This document shows positions 21,925 to 37,879 of a stretch of 64,000 bases of DNA, piece by piece (position 1 is the stretch's first letter; the number at the start of each line of letters is the position of its first letter). The stretch comes from Octopus sinensis (taxonomy: Eukaryota). Where the stretch lies: the NCBI RefSeq assembly GCF_006345805.1, contig NC_043024.1, forward strand, positions 4,960,001 through 5,024,000. Direction: 5' to 3'. The notes beneath the pieces were generated by a model. That model ran no database searches, was not told the origin of the DNA, and saw only the letters and a program-made list of their open reading frames with translations. A program made the position numbers and the translations under genes.

Positions 21925-22655
21925 TCTTGTGCCAGTGGCACGTAAAAAGCACCATCCGATCGTGGACGTTTGCCAACCTCATCTGGCACGTAAAAAGCAC
22001 CAACCGATTGTGGCTGCTGCCAGCCTCCCCTGGTACCTGCCGGTGGCACGTAAGGAGCATGCACTACACTCACGGAGTGGTTGGCGTTAGGAAGGGCATC
22101 CTGCCGTAGAGACACTGCCAGATCAGACTGGGCCTGGTGCAGCCTTCTGGCTTCCCAGACCCCAGTCGAACCATCCAACCCATGCTAGCATGGAAAACGG
22201 ACACTGAACGATGATGATGCTGTGAATGTGAGATAAAGAGTTGGCACAAAAGAACTACCATTTGAGCCTTATCGATGCCAGTGCCATCTGGCTGCCCCCT
22301 CTTCTGTGCCAGTCACACTTGAAAAACACCCACTACACTCTTGTTGTTAAGCAACAAGACAGGTAAGGGAAATAAAAAAATCTTTGGTCGTCTTGTTGCA
22401 GTCGAGGGCGCTTTCCATTGACGCCCGACACCACTGGGAGGTGGCCCTTGAAGTCGCTGGAAATGGAGATCTCCAGGTCCAAATTCTTGGACGGCCCCGC
22501 TACACTCTCGGAGTGGTTGGCATTAGGAAGGGCACCCAGCTGTAGAAACTCTGCCAGATCAGATTGGAGCCTGGTGCAGCCATCTGGCTCACCAGCCCTC
22601 AGTCAAAATCGTCCAACCCATGCCAGTATGGAAAGTGGATGTTAAATGATGATGA
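21925..22655 (+). mobile_element. Two RTE 3'-end copies (21925-22219, 22500-22655)
   Basis: Same 3'UTR subrepeats and (GAT)n tails. Confidence 0.8.
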
Positions 22656-22734
22656 ACCATTTACATTTTTACAATAGATATTTATAGGGAAGTCCCATAT
22701 TGAATAATTCTAATTGCATTGTAAACTACAGCAA

Positions 22735-23098
22735 TTTTAGAATGGGACAACATTACATAGTGCCAAAGATCCCGGCAATGACATCATGCTACAGGACCAG
22801 CTTCTGCAACAGCCTGGGTTTCAAGGGCCCACAGCTTTTTAATATTCTCCCAAAGAGTCTGAGGAACTTGCACAAAGTAGATGTAGTGATTTTTAAATCA
22901 AAGCTGGACATCTTCCTGTCGAGAGTCCCAGATGAACCTACCTCACGGCAAGAGGTGCAAATGAGAGTAGCTATATCAAACTCCATTCTTCACCAAGTGC
23001 CACATATTAGAGGAAGTTCTTCATAATAACGTTGTTGTACAAAACGGCGGTGCATCAGCATGGCCGCAGCTCTGAGCTGAAACAAGTAAAAAAAAAAA
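22735..23098 (+). mobile_element. CR1-like family b, 3' fragment
   Basis: SLGFKGPQLFNILPKSLRNLH...PDEPTSRQEVQMR matches 43590-43800; ends in the shared stem-loop tail and poly(A). Confidence 0.85.
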
Positions 23099-23251
23099 AT
23101 TGGTACCAAACAGATAATCAACATATTTAACAATAAAGACATTGCATGCTTTCACTTGAAATGTGACATATCCCCACATTTCGCCTATGAAATTTAATTT
23201 GTCACCCATCATGCTACAAAGAAATGTTGCTGTTTTTCTCAACATAGGTGC

Positions 23252-23792
23252 AGGAGTGGCTGTGTGCTTATGAACCATAAGGTTCCGGGTTCAGCCCCAC
23301 TGCATGGCATCTTGGTCAAGTGTCTTCTACTATAGCCTTGGGTTGACCAAAGCCTTGTGAGTGGATTTGGTAGACGGAAACTGAAAGAAGCCCGTCGTAT
23401 ATATATATATATATGCGTGTTTGTGTTTGTCCCCCTAGCATTGCTTGACAACCGATGCTGGTGTGTTTATGTCCCCATCACTTAGTGGTTCGGCAAAAGA
23501 GACCGATATCATAAGTACTGGGCTTACAAAAGAATAAGTCATGGACTCGATTAAAGGCGGTGCTCCAGCATGGCTGCAGTCAAATGACTGAAAAAAGTAA
23601 ATGAGTATAGGCATAGCAGTGGCTGTGTGGTAAGTTTCTTGCTTCTGAACCATAAGGTTCCGGGTTCAGTCCCACTATGTGGCACCTTGGGCAAGTGTCT
23701 TCTACTATAGCCTCGGGCTGACCGAAACCTTGTAAGTGGATTTGGTAGACAAAAACTGAAAGAAGCCCATCATATATATGTATATATATATG

Positions 23793-23825
<33 letters not shown>

Positions 23826-24030
23826 AAGTTTGTATGTCTATGTTTCTCCCCTCAACATCGCTTGACAATTGAAGCTGGTGCGTTTAGGTCCCTGTAACTT
23901 AGCGGTTCGGCAAAAGTGACTGATAGAATAAGTACTGGGCTTACAAAGAATAAGTCCTGGGGTCTATTTGCTCGACTAAAGGCGGTGCTCCACCATGGCC
24001 ACTGTCAAATGACTGAAACATGTAGAAGAG
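23252..24030 (+). mobile_element. Two tandem SINE family 1 copies
   Basis: Heads at about 23252 and 23615; tails cagcatggc..cagtcaaatgactgaaa at about 23565-23595 and 23990-24020. Confidence 0.85.
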
Positions 24031-24147
24031 ATAGGTTTCCCTATTTTCTTCCATATACAGTCAACTCTCGCTACTTTGCCACCCTGCGGGACTGAGCCAA
24101 AGTGGCATAGTACCGAGGGTCTGTTATCTAAACACTACATAACCAAA

Positions 24148-24371
<224 letters not shown>

Positions 24372-24699
24372 TTATAACTGTACTAAGGTAGCATAATTAT
24401 AACTGTACTAAGGTAGCATAATACTGAACATACGAATAAAAATTCATAGGGTAGGAAGTAAGGCCAATGAGAAGTTCAATGCAATGGTAAAAAGAAGACA
24501 TCCATGTTTATTAAGTTCAAATTGCTTTTAGTTAATTCTGAAGCTCTCAAAAATTGTCGGCTGATGCATCTACTTTCGGCGGTTTTCATTCATTTCATTG
24601 TCTAGCCTATCATACCCCTGCATGACGCTGGGTTCTCCGCTACTCTTCTGCTGCATAAACTTTCGGATAGTGCTCCATGCTCACTGGGCATCTGCAAAA

Positions 24700-25728
24700 C
24701 TGGCATAGTAGGGAGAGTTGACTGTGTCCATATTTATTATTGAAATATCACTTCCAGTATCGAACTGAAGTTTAATATGTATTCCAATCATTTTTGCATG
24801 TACGAATTTTGTTTCTGTTGAGAGCCCTCTAGGATCTTTAATGGTTGATCTTCATAATTTAGTTCTGCAGTGTGAATTTCTGTATATTCAGTGTTGTAAG
24901 TCCTTGTACCAAAATAAGACACCTGAACATCTCAGGTGTAAATTCTTTGAGTTTAAAAATATTCACACATTCTGTTAATTGTTCCTGCGTATGTGATAAA
25001 ATCACCATCCTCTTTTTTCATTATATTCCAAAACACCATCCAAGTGTTAGAGAAGTTTTATCACCGAATATGTTAGACAGTAATTCCATTGTTTCTTTAA
25101 AACAAATTTCATTGAGTTTTTTTGGGTAATATGAAATTAAAATAATGTTCCTACTCTGATGGGGCTCATTTATGTCATAATAACCTTACTTTTTCTGTGT
25201 CTGACCATGTCTTACAATCTTCCTTAAAAATTACCTGCTGTAGTACAATGCAAAAGCTATACCGTCCTCTGGGTTATAACTGGATTCATCGAGTCCAAAA
25301 CGGCAAAAATGTACTTCCCTCATTTTTGGACTTCTTTGAATAAAGCTCCAATAATTGTTGTTGTTGCTGCCTTTGTCGTTGATTTTGCAACAGTTTTAAA
25401 GAAGCTAATTAGTCTTCCATGATTTAACAAATTTTTATCACAAAAATTTGTTAACTGACCTGCAAGAGCTTCGAAACCCTCATCGCCAGATGTTGTAACA
25501 TAATTGTTCCTTACAATAAATAAGATAACCAGAAAGTTGTAACAACAATCTAATGAACTAACATATCTTTTAAGAACCAACATTCAATATTCCTTAGGAA
25601 GTAAACCAAGTGACACCTTCCGACTTCACTTGACTCTGAACCGCAAACCCACTCAGATCGTTACTATTTATACTTTACTCGAACCAATCTATCTCTCACA
25701 AGGGGACATGGTAACTCTCATCACAACA
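24700..25728 (-). mobile_element. Ty3/Gypsy LTR retrotransposon, 5' portion (LTR, PBS, gag, protease; degenerate)
   Basis: LTR 25728-25491 bounded by TGTTG...CAACA with TATAAATA; PBS-like TCTGGCGATGAGG; gag-like YNPEDG...DCKTWSDTEKVRLL and FTPEMFRCLILVQGL; protease LQFDTGSDISII. Confidence 0.8.
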
Positions 25729-26269
25729 GGTGACATTCTAACCAGATGCCCATCATGAATCCCTGCTTGCTGTCTGGTAAGAACAAGACCATGAAAACCT
25801 GCTCAACAGAATGATTTAGCAAAAAATAAGTATCATCTGTTGCATGGGTTGAGCAGGGATATGTTTGAACCATAGGTAGAGTGGGGCATTAGGCTCTTGA
25901 AAAATATTTCCCACTCTACACCCAAAACTGTGACAAACAGCAATAAGCCTCCAGCTAGGGCTAGAATATGTGGGCAGTAGCACAAAGGGTGCAGATCCTG
26001 GGATCCCTGAGCGTGTCCAGCAGAGGATAACTGATCACGGCTGGGAACTGGAGTGTAATACAATTGTGTCAAAATAATATATCCTCAAGAAAACAGAGCA
26101 AATTAATATAATCAATATTGTTTGAATAAAAAACACACATCGTAATTAGTAAGTTGATGCAAATGAAGAAAATGTGAAAACTGAATTTATTTTGTAAAAA
26201 GTAATACATTTGCTGTAATTTATTCGCCAGGACATCTGTTTTATCATTGATATTGTTATTGATCAATAT

Positions 26270-27575
<1,306 letters not shown>

Positions 27576-27734
27576 ATTTCTTCTTTGGCTGGTATCTCAA
27601 ATTTAGGTTAAATCAGTGTTTCTCAAAGGGGAGGCCTATGGGACGGTCGGACAAGTTGTTTTGAGAAAATTTGGTTTAAATGTTTGACAACTCAGCACCG
27701 TCCATTGGACGGGGAGCATTTTGCTCATATATAT

Positions 27735-28262
27735 ATATATGGTTCCAGGTTCAGTCCCACTGCGTGGCACCTTGGGCAAGTGTCTTCTACTGTAGCCTTG
27801 GGCCGACCAAAGCCTTGTGAGTGGATTTGGTAGATGGAAACTGAAAGAAGCCCGTCGTATATATATATATATATTAAGGAGTGGCTGTGTGGTAAGTAGC
27901 TTGCTTACCAACCACATGGTTCCGGGTTCAGTCCCACTGCGTGGCACCTTTGGCAAGTGTCTTCTACTGTAGCCTTGGGCTGACCAAAGCCTTGTGAGTG
28001 GATTTGGTAGACGGAAACTGAAAGAAGCCTGTCGTATATATGTATATATATATATATGTGCGTGTGTGTCTGTGTTTGTTCCCCTAGCATTGCTTGACAA
28101 CCGATGCTGGTGTGTTTATGTCCCCGTCACTTAGCGGTTCGGCAAAAGAGACCGATAGAATAAGTACTAGGCTTACAAAGAATAAGTCCTGGGGTCGAGT
28201 TGCTCGATTAAAGGTTGTGCTCCAGCATGGCCGCAGTTAAATGACTGAAACAAGTAAAAGAG
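27735..28262 (+). mobile_element. SINE family 1, partial head duplication plus full copy
   Basis: 27735-27870 repeats the head; 27878-28262 is complete. Confidence 0.88.
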
Positions 28263-29229
28263 TATATATGTCTGTGTGTGTGTGTATTTATATATATATA
28301 TAGTAATTGTTCATTTTATTAATGTAAAAAAAGTAAATAAAAATCGTGGGGTGGGGTAAGTAGTAAAAGAAGCAAAGAGACATAACAAAGGAACATAAAC
28401 ATGTCAACTTAAAGATGTTTGGACAATATGTGGATGTGAGTGAAATGGAAGTTGAGACGATAATTTGGGACATCAGACGAATTGTTTCATATCTCCATGA
28501 GATTCTCAGGTGTAATTCCATTAAGAAAAATAAGACCTTTGTTCACTTTCTGGTGGTGATCGCTAGTCTTTATGCTGTGTAAAAAGTAAACTGCTTTTAC
28601 TACTTATCTCCCCCTTAATTTTTATTTACTTTTTTATGTCATTAAACTGAACAATTACCACATTTTTGTCCATTTTTTCCGTCCTTGTTTTTGTATACAT
28701 TTGCTGCTTTCTTCCAAGGAATCTAAAGCTCTTAGCTTAGTTTTTACTTGGGGCTGGCCAGATTGGAGCAACCTCAAGAATAATCAGTCGAAATTGCGAG
28801 GATAATCTGGTACTTGACTGAGGAAAGAGAACTTCGTATGACTCGTCCGTGTTTTCTTTGTTTTGTTGTCCCTTTTTGTACCACCTAGGTGTCCGGATGT
28901 TTTGTATTCTTGTCCCATTTTCTATTTATATATATATACACACACAGATACAGTGTAAAGAATTATTAATTTAATAATTAATAAATTTTACCAAGTAATT
29001 TCAGTATGGAAAGAAAACCATCATCGGTAGAAACTTTTATAGAAAATGTTTTTATATATAATTAAATATAATTAAGGGTTTAGCAACAAGTTGCTTCACC
29101 ACATACCGAAAATTTAGAAATAGCAGCCAAAAGACAGCTCATTTCCTTTTTACTACAGATATGACTCCACGGTGAAGCAACTTGTTGCTTAACCCTTAAT
29201 TATATATATATATATAGTCTTTTGCAATG

Positions 29230-29914
29230 CTAATGATTTTTTCATATTTTTCAGATCCAGCAATGGTGTTCACTCAACCAGAAAAGGCGTTTTGCATCCT
29301 TGAATTTGCAAAAACTGAATCATGGACACTTGTTCAACATGCATTTCACACAAAATTCCGAAAAGAGGCACCAGAAAGGAAGTCCATATTGAGATGGTAA
29401 ATTCATGAAGGATGGCTATTTGTACCCAGCTAAGAGAACAGGATGCCCCTCAACTTCAGATGATACGGTTGAGCAAGTTCGAACTGCCTTCCATCGGAGA
29501 CCCCGTAAATCGATCAGAAGAGCCAGTAGGGACTTCATTTTCCAACAGGACAGGGCGTTAGAGAGTATCTGAACACAACACTTCCAGACAGATGGACGGT
29601 CTGGGCAAGATGATCGTGTTCTTATGCCCTGGCCTCCCAGGTCTCCAGATCTCAGGACTGGTCTATGTGTCTCCTCTTTCAAAAGACATGGATGAACTGA
29701 AGGTCAAATTGCAACTATCAACAACGCAATGCTGGAACGCATTGGACTTGATGTGTGCTGTGTCCCCAATGGTGCTCACATTGAACTTCTTTGAAAATTC
29801 CTTAAAAAACTTGAAACTGCAAACTTTCAGGATATATCTGATGCGTTTTTATGTCCTTAATATTTTGCAAGATGTTCAATGTCAAAATGTGCCCAAGACT
29901 TCTGGAACACCCTG

Positions 29915-29916
<2 letters not shown>
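29230..29916 (+). mobile_element. Internally deleted Tc1/mariner-superfamily (rosa/DD41D-like) element
   Basis: N-terminal MVFTQPEKAFCILEFAKTESWTLVQ HTH-type start; FIFQQD and WPPRSPDL motifs; 3' terminus ...ggaacaccctgTA. Confidence 0.7.
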
Positions 29917-29949
<33 letters not shown>

Positions 29950-30229
29950 GTATATATATATGTGTATATATATATAAGTTCAGCAAAACAATTTAGATTC
30001 AAATGAATATGGTACTTAATTTAGATGCACCAGAATTTTTTATGGTATTACCCATAAAATTATGTGGGGTGATTATAAACCAAAAAATAAGCAACAAGAA
30101 TGGATCCAGTAATTTAGTACAATTGTTTCATACTATAACAATTTATTAAAGCTGCAAATATAATATGTCAAGTAATCTTCAGCTAATATCATATAGGTTT
30201 TCCAATAGTGTATATATATATATATGTAA

Positions 30230-30525
30230 AATTAGAAAAAAACACCTTTTATCAATTCAAAATGAACAATTGAATTACACCATCTAGAAAATTACATTAA
30301 TAGAAATATTAAAATAAATAACAAAGAAATACCAATGATTAAGTAAATTGCAAAAAAATAATAAAAACGTATTCTACGAATTACATACGTTTTTATTATT
30401 TTTTTGCAATTTACTTAATCATTGGTATTTTATTGTTACTTTAATTTTAATATTTCTATTATATGTAATTTTCTAGATGGTGTAATTTAATTGTTCATTT
30501 TGAATTGATAAAAGGTGTTTTTTTC

Positions 30526-30530
<5 letters not shown>
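30230..30530. repeat. Near-perfect palindrome, about 143-bp arms and 12-nt loop
   Basis: 30230-30372 is the reverse complement of 30385-30530; flanked by (TA)n. Confidence 0.92.
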
Positions 30531-30565
<35 letters not shown>

Positions 30566-30849
30566 TGTGTGAAATTTGATTTAGTATTTTTAAATTGAAT
30601 TTTTTTTCCTTGTAAGTTAGGATTAATATTCCCTCAAATAATTCTTATATAAATATATATATATATTGCGCTGCCCCTTTGAGATCCTGAATCAATAACA
30701 GCATGATAAAAGATATTTTTAGCAAAGACTAAAGCCTTAATAAGCTGGAAAGCAAACACACATGGAAAAAATACAAGAAATGTACAGAAAATAGATGAGG
30801 TCAAATGCATTTTACTTAGAAGAAGGTGATGAGAACAGAATTCAGGAAT

Positions 30850-31542
30850 CTGGGGCACACAGACTCAAGATTCAGTAAATGTTGGGCAATCCTTTTAGAC
30901 AAATATTTCACAAGAATATCGTTTCTCTGCTGCGTGAATGTATCTATGAGAGGTTAAACTGCCTTGAGAAAGAAATGATTTACACAGATATATCACAGGG
31001 ATATGGATTGTCTCTTGTATGAGTGGCTTCATGCTGAGATAATTTCCTTTTATGAGAGAATGCCATTACACAGATATTACATTGATATTGCTTCTCTCTT
31101 GTATGAATGGATTTGTGTCTAGTAAGGTTAGATTTTTGAGAGAATGATTTACCACAAATATCAGTCATGGTTTTTCTCCTGTATGAATGGATTTGTGATA
31201 AGTAAGGCCACTCCTATGATAGAATGATTGACCACAAATATCACAGTGATAAGGTCTCTCATTTGTATGAGTAAGTTCATGAGAAGTTAAATTACTTATT
31301 ACTATGAAGGATTTGTCACAAATATTGAAGTGATATGGTTTCTCTCCTATATGAATGGATTTGTGAGAAGTAAGGTTACTTTTCACCAAAAAAGACTTTC
31401 CACAGATATCACAATGATATTGCTTTCCACCTGCATAGATACGTTTGTGAACAGTGAGATTTCCCTTACTAGATATAAACTTTTTACAGATATCACATTG
31501 GTATGATAATTCTTTTTCTTTTGTCATCTCTTGAGGATTCAT
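30850..31542 (-). pseudogene. C2H2 zinc-finger D (partial duplicate of E; ORF 31542-31165, 125 aa, 2 intact fingers)
   Basis: MNPQEM start; finger 1 has His to Tyr and finger 3 has Cys to Phe; TGA is followed by shifted fingers; upstream homology stops at about 31695, so the acceptor and uORF are absent; 30780-31110 is nearly identical to 33912-34245. Confidence 0.75.
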
Positions 31543-33574
31543 TATTGTTCTCCAGTAGACAAGCACAAAATGCAGTTTTTTCTTTCTTTATATATTTCTC
31601 TGTTGATACAAGAACTTCTACAGCTATAATCACAGCAAATCTGATCTTTGTGAATATCTGAAGCTAATACAAACACCTTTGCAAATTTTTCCAAGTATAC
31701 TTTTACCTAAGAGTGGGTGGGAGTATCAGGGATAAAAAGATGTTGGTGACAAGATGCAAGGGAAAAAAGCCACACAAAGTAAGAGACGATGTATGGAAGG
31801 TGTCAAGAGGTTGGGAATGCAGTTATATGTGTGTGGGTATCATCAGAACTACATCACACATCTACCTATTGAAACTAAAATTTATATATATATACATATG
31901 AGTAAAACACCCACCGTTCAATGGACGGTGCTGAATCAGATCTGCTGAATAAAGAGCAATCAGTCTTTTCTTTTCATTGAAAAATAATTAAGCATGTCTT
32001 TATTTCAATAAAATTTTTGATTATGTTAAACGAAGTTAAGGCAAAAAATAAACTTCTTGAGAAACCAAATAGTCTTTCCTTCCTTCATGCCAAGTTTGAA
32101 GAGAATATCTCTTTTGCATCTTATCTTTTTGCTCTCTTAGATATACTGCATTTTGTGGCATTACTTCAAGCCAGCCGGCTTTTTTTGCGCAAACTGCACG
32201 TGCATTTTTCTCGTGTACATGTAGTATCGAACACAACAGCTGATGTACTTACATGTACAAATGCACGTTCCCAAGGCTTCATCGATCACATTCTCACTTG
32301 GAATCGATTTTTGTAATTTTTTGAAGACTTTTACACACCCTGATACCGTTGGTATCTACACATCAAATTTGAATGCAATCAGATGGAGGATGCCCAAGAT
32401 CCTAGAAGAAACACAGACAGAACGGATTTTATATTGTTAGAATACGTCCATACACGAGGAGTTTGGTGACATATTTCTCCTCTTGTACAGCGCATGGCCG
32501 CATCCCAACATAACATAATGTTATATAAGCCATAATACATGTTTGATATACAGTGCCAAAGTAAATGTATAAAGGAACGCCAAAAACCGTTCTACTTTTA
32601 TAAAGAGAAGATAGATTTTATTCACAGTGTACAAAGTGATTTGTTATTATTAGCATAGTGTTATGTCATGAATGCATGCTTATAATATTTGTGTCTGTGT
32701 GTTCGTGTGTGCGACAGAAGTACAGAATAAGGTGTATGCAAATACAACAGAGCATAAGAGAAGTCTCAACAATTTGAGTTAAAATGGAGTTATTTTACCA
32801 GTTCATGTAGTACACGATAATGAGTTCTATACAAGATTTGAGTCTCGGAGTGGAGATTAGTTGAGTCACTTGTGCATATTTTTCTCTTGATATAGATTTT
32901 CTTTCAGATATATATACTGCAATTGTTTTTCCGTGGTGAGATATTCACACTAACAGCATGAGTTGAATCTGTATTTATCTTGTTGTGTACAAGCTGAAAT
33001 CTTCGTAGATGGAGACGATGTTGGTGATGACGTTCTGTCTGTCACTGGTTTACAATAGTGTCTTCATATTATGTTTGGCTTGGCTGTCGTCTGCCTTTCG
33101 AACTGGAACATGGTTGAGTAAGCTCTGTGTGGTCTCCGACCAAGACCTTAAAAGGTCTTAAGCTGAAAGACAGTGAATCACGAGATGATCAGCCTATTTA
33201 AAGAGTTAAGATGGCTCAAATGAAAGGTCCTATCTGAAAGCCGTGATTGGTCATTTTACACCCTGGCGCGAAGTAAGTAGAGAGACAGACCGCGCTTAGA
33301 TGCTAACCAATCAGATCAGTGGACACAACAAGGTTAAACTAGCCAAAGAAGTTTGTAATCTCAAACAAGATCATTCCTAATGTTTTTCTCAAACAGTGAA
33401 GATAGCAATATTGCTACAATATAATAGATATGTTTGTGTGTGTGTGTGTGTGTAAGCATTGCGCAGTAAATGTACTGAAGTTATTGAGGTGATGTCCAGT
33501 CATAGAGTAGCCAAATGCTTTGTGAATGCAGAAGCATTGAAGACTCTATAATCCGACATTAAACCTAATGTTGG

Positions 33575-33965
33575 GCTGCCCCTGGGAGCTCCACTATGTT
33601 GATTGCCTTCTTGTTTTAGCTGAATAAATAATGGCATGAGAAAAGAAATTTCAGGAATGGAAGCAAGAACTGCAATTTGTGGAACTTATATTTCATGGAA
33701 CAAAGACTATAGTCTTAATAGGTTTGAAAGCAAACAAATCCTTTCAGGGAAATGGCCCTGCTTCACATGTGGAAGAGGCATAAGTAGAAACTCCATCAGG
33801 TGTACCTCATGCAAGCTATGTACACATAAGAGGTGCTGCAATGTTAGAGGAATGTCAACATGGAAAATAGTCTTTGTGTGTGGTAGATGTACACATACAA
33901 TAAACACAATAAATGTACAGAAAATAGATGAGGTCAAATGCATTTTACTTAGAAGAAGGTGATGA
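33575..33965 (+). mobile_element. Diverged RTE fragment at the 3' end of gene E (paralogous pieces at 30665-30850 and 35705-36200)
   Basis: GKWPCFTCGRGISRNSIRCTSCKLCTHKRC matches the Cys-rich insert of the RTE ORF at 2860-2990. Confidence 0.7.
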
Positions 33966-34019
33966 GAACAGAATTCAGGAATCTGGGGCACACAGACTCA
34001 AGATTCAGTAAATGTTGGG

Positions 34020-34961
<942 letters not shown>

Positions 34962-35160
34962 TTATATATTTCTCTGTTGATTCAAATTCTTCTACAGCTA
35001 TAATCACAGCAAATCTGATCTTTGTGAATATCTGAAGCTAATACAAACACCTTTGCAGATTTTTCCAATTTCAAGCAGAAGTTCAGATACTTTTGTAAAT
35101 ATTCCTGGCAATGGAATAAAGCAAATGTTGCTATTAATTCTAAGGAAATATTTCAGTTAC

Positions 35161-35217
35161 TTACCAGAGATTTGTTATAGAAACAGGGTTATATATATTA
35201 TTTATAATATCTTCCAT
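35161..35217 (-). CDS. Candidate uORF micropeptide MEDIINNIYNPVSITNLW (gene E leader)
   Basis: Protein identical to the B uORF, with codon differences ATA/ATT, CTC/CTA and TAA/TGA. Confidence 0.5.
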   Translation of the reverse strand: MEDIINNIYNPVSITNLW

Positions 35218-35696
35218 TAGTCTTCAAGTGATGATCAATATTCATGATGGATCTGATGTAAATACTCCTTTATACCACTAACATCTCATATTCTGAAATG
35301 ACACAGAAACAGTAGAAGATATAGGAAAGACTTGAAAAGCAGAGATTCAACAATAGAAAATATTACTACATTTTCATAATGATAAACTGTGGATATAAAC
35401 TTTTACCCCAATAATTAGTCTTTAAAACTTATTTTGTGATTAAAGTTATATTATACACCTTGTGTAATGTCCACATATGCACGCTCGTCCACCTTCAAGT
35501 ATTATGTAAAATGCTAAACTACAAATACTGGACAATAACGTTTGTACTGTCTTAGAAAACATGATAAGTCACTGTTGTTTAGCCCTAGGTCACCCCCACT
35601 GAGTAGATCCATTCAGGAAATTAGTGTTCACGAGTGTCATGACCTTTAGAACAGATCAAACATAAATATCACTATAATTTAGTCACTAACCACAAT

Positions 35697-35728
<32 letters not shown>

Positions 35729-36799
35729 TGGGCTGCCCCTGTGAGATCCTCTATGCTGATCATCTTACAGCTGAATCAATACCAGCAAGAGAAAAGAAAT
35801 TTCAGGTGTGTAAGCAGGGTCTGCAATTAGTGGGCCTTAGAGTTAATTTAACAGAGACCAAAGTCTTAGTAAGTTAGTAAGCAGACAAATCTTATAGGGA
35901 AATGGCCCTGCTTGAAATATGGAAAAGGAATATGCAGGAACTCCATAAGGTGTAGCTAGTGCCAGTTATGGATACATAAGATGTGCAGCAATATTAGAGG
36001 AACGTCAACACGAAAAATAGTAGATGTACATGTGCAATAAATACAAGGAAATAGATGCTGTGAAATGTGGAGTGGAGAGCGAGTTCCAACTTAGAAATAG
36101 TTGGTAGAATGTAACAAGTTAGGGAACAAAAGACTTGCCACAGGGGGTTTTGTCTCTGAAGACCTTCTGTCAAGAATTTCCTACCATTGTTATATTTTAA
36201 CATTTTATCAGTGACTAGGAAATATATTTTCCACACATTCACTCTCACATGGCTACCATCTACTCAATGGCTCCATCACATATTCACTAGATAACCACCA
36301 TCGTTAGCATTTAATGAACAAACTTATCCCTTCGTTTATCTCTCATCACTGTATCTTAGTATCTAATATCAAGTATTTTGTATATTAAAAAATGTCATCA
36401 AATTATATAACTTGGAAACAAACATTTATTGTAGATTAGTTTGGAGAAATGTGTAACTTTTATCATACATTGATCAAGTGTGAATTCTATGCTGTATCAT
36501 CAATTGTATTGGCTCATAAGGGACATGTTTGGATAAGGTTACCAGATTAAAAAACCATATATACGGCACACTTTTAAAATCTCTCTCTATATATAAATTT
36601 ATACATGCCTACACACGCAATATATTATATAAAAACAGAGAGATAAGTTAAAAACATAATGTAATTTTTTTAATGGGTAACGAAGTCAAATTATTTAATA
36701 CAAGCTAAAAAAATTGTGCAGCATCATTCATTTTTCTCTAGCAGAGATAAATAAATAATGGCAGGTACAGGGTAGAGTTGTAGATAGTTTGAAGGAATA

Positions 36800-37050
36800 C
36801 TAGGCTATTACAAATCGCCAGGTGCATGTATGCTATCAACAAAAGTTTCTGTGGTTTATCATGTAATGCTGAGAACCCAATGTTTGTATATCTTGTAAGC
36901 CGTCCAAGAATCACTGTACATAACTGAGCCAGGTTTGATGTATTTTTCAATTAGTGGAAGCAATGTCATTTGGTCACGCTTCTGACCAGTCACAGGAACA
37001 ACAAAGCGACGTTTGCTAATCCGCTCAATTCCAGCGAACAACCAAACATA
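36800..37050 (-). mobile_element. Merlin/IS1016-like (ISXO2-type) transposase fragment
   Basis: VWLFAGIERISKRRFVVPV..KRDQMTLLPLIEKYIKPGSVMYSDSWTAY resembles the Merlin/ISXO2 DDE core. Confidence 0.7.
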
Positions 37051-37879
37051 AACACTTTACTTAGAATATACAATCTATAAATGGAATTAATTGATTATAT
37101 GTATGAGAGCAATCAAGACGATTGCAACGGGAAAAAAAAACATTTAAACTATTAACGTGGATCATTTTGTCAGAAAAAAAAAACAGCAGAGATATGTAGC
37201 AAGTGATAATTTTAAGATAAAACAATAGACGGCTTTGGATGGGGACAATTAGCAAATGGAATATTTACGGTAATAAAGAAATTTTTAATTTGGTGCTTTT
37301 TCGTGGCAATACCAAATAAAATACAATTTAGTTGGTTAATATATAGATCTGCGCCCAGGTGGCAAAAATGGAAAAAAATATGTGTAACAGGTGTAAGGCA
37401 TCATATATTGAAGGAATATGACGAAAGAAAAGCGCGCTGACAAAGGAGGGGGTGGGGAAAGGGCCACGAAAATTCACACGATCAACCGTACTAGATTCGC
37501 GCCCGGGTGGCAAAAATGGAAAAAAATGTGTTAAAGGTGTATATATATACATGTATATATCTATATCACACACACACTTACGTGCGCAAACACACTTACA
37601 CACGCGCTCGCACACACCAGGCGCACGCACACGCACACACACACACACACACACGCATACACATATATTTCCATATCTGTGACGTGTGTTTGTCCCAAGT
37701 CAACGCTTCATTTTCGGTTTCGGCTGTTTACGTCATCGTAACTTAGCAATTCCCGCATTTAATTTAGCGAACAAGGATAATTATCGGTCCGGGAGGTCTT
37801 ACACTAACCCAAGACCCGTTAGTCATCCGAGAATCACCCACCCGAATGCGAGAGCTGGCGTCCCGATCCATCACACTGA

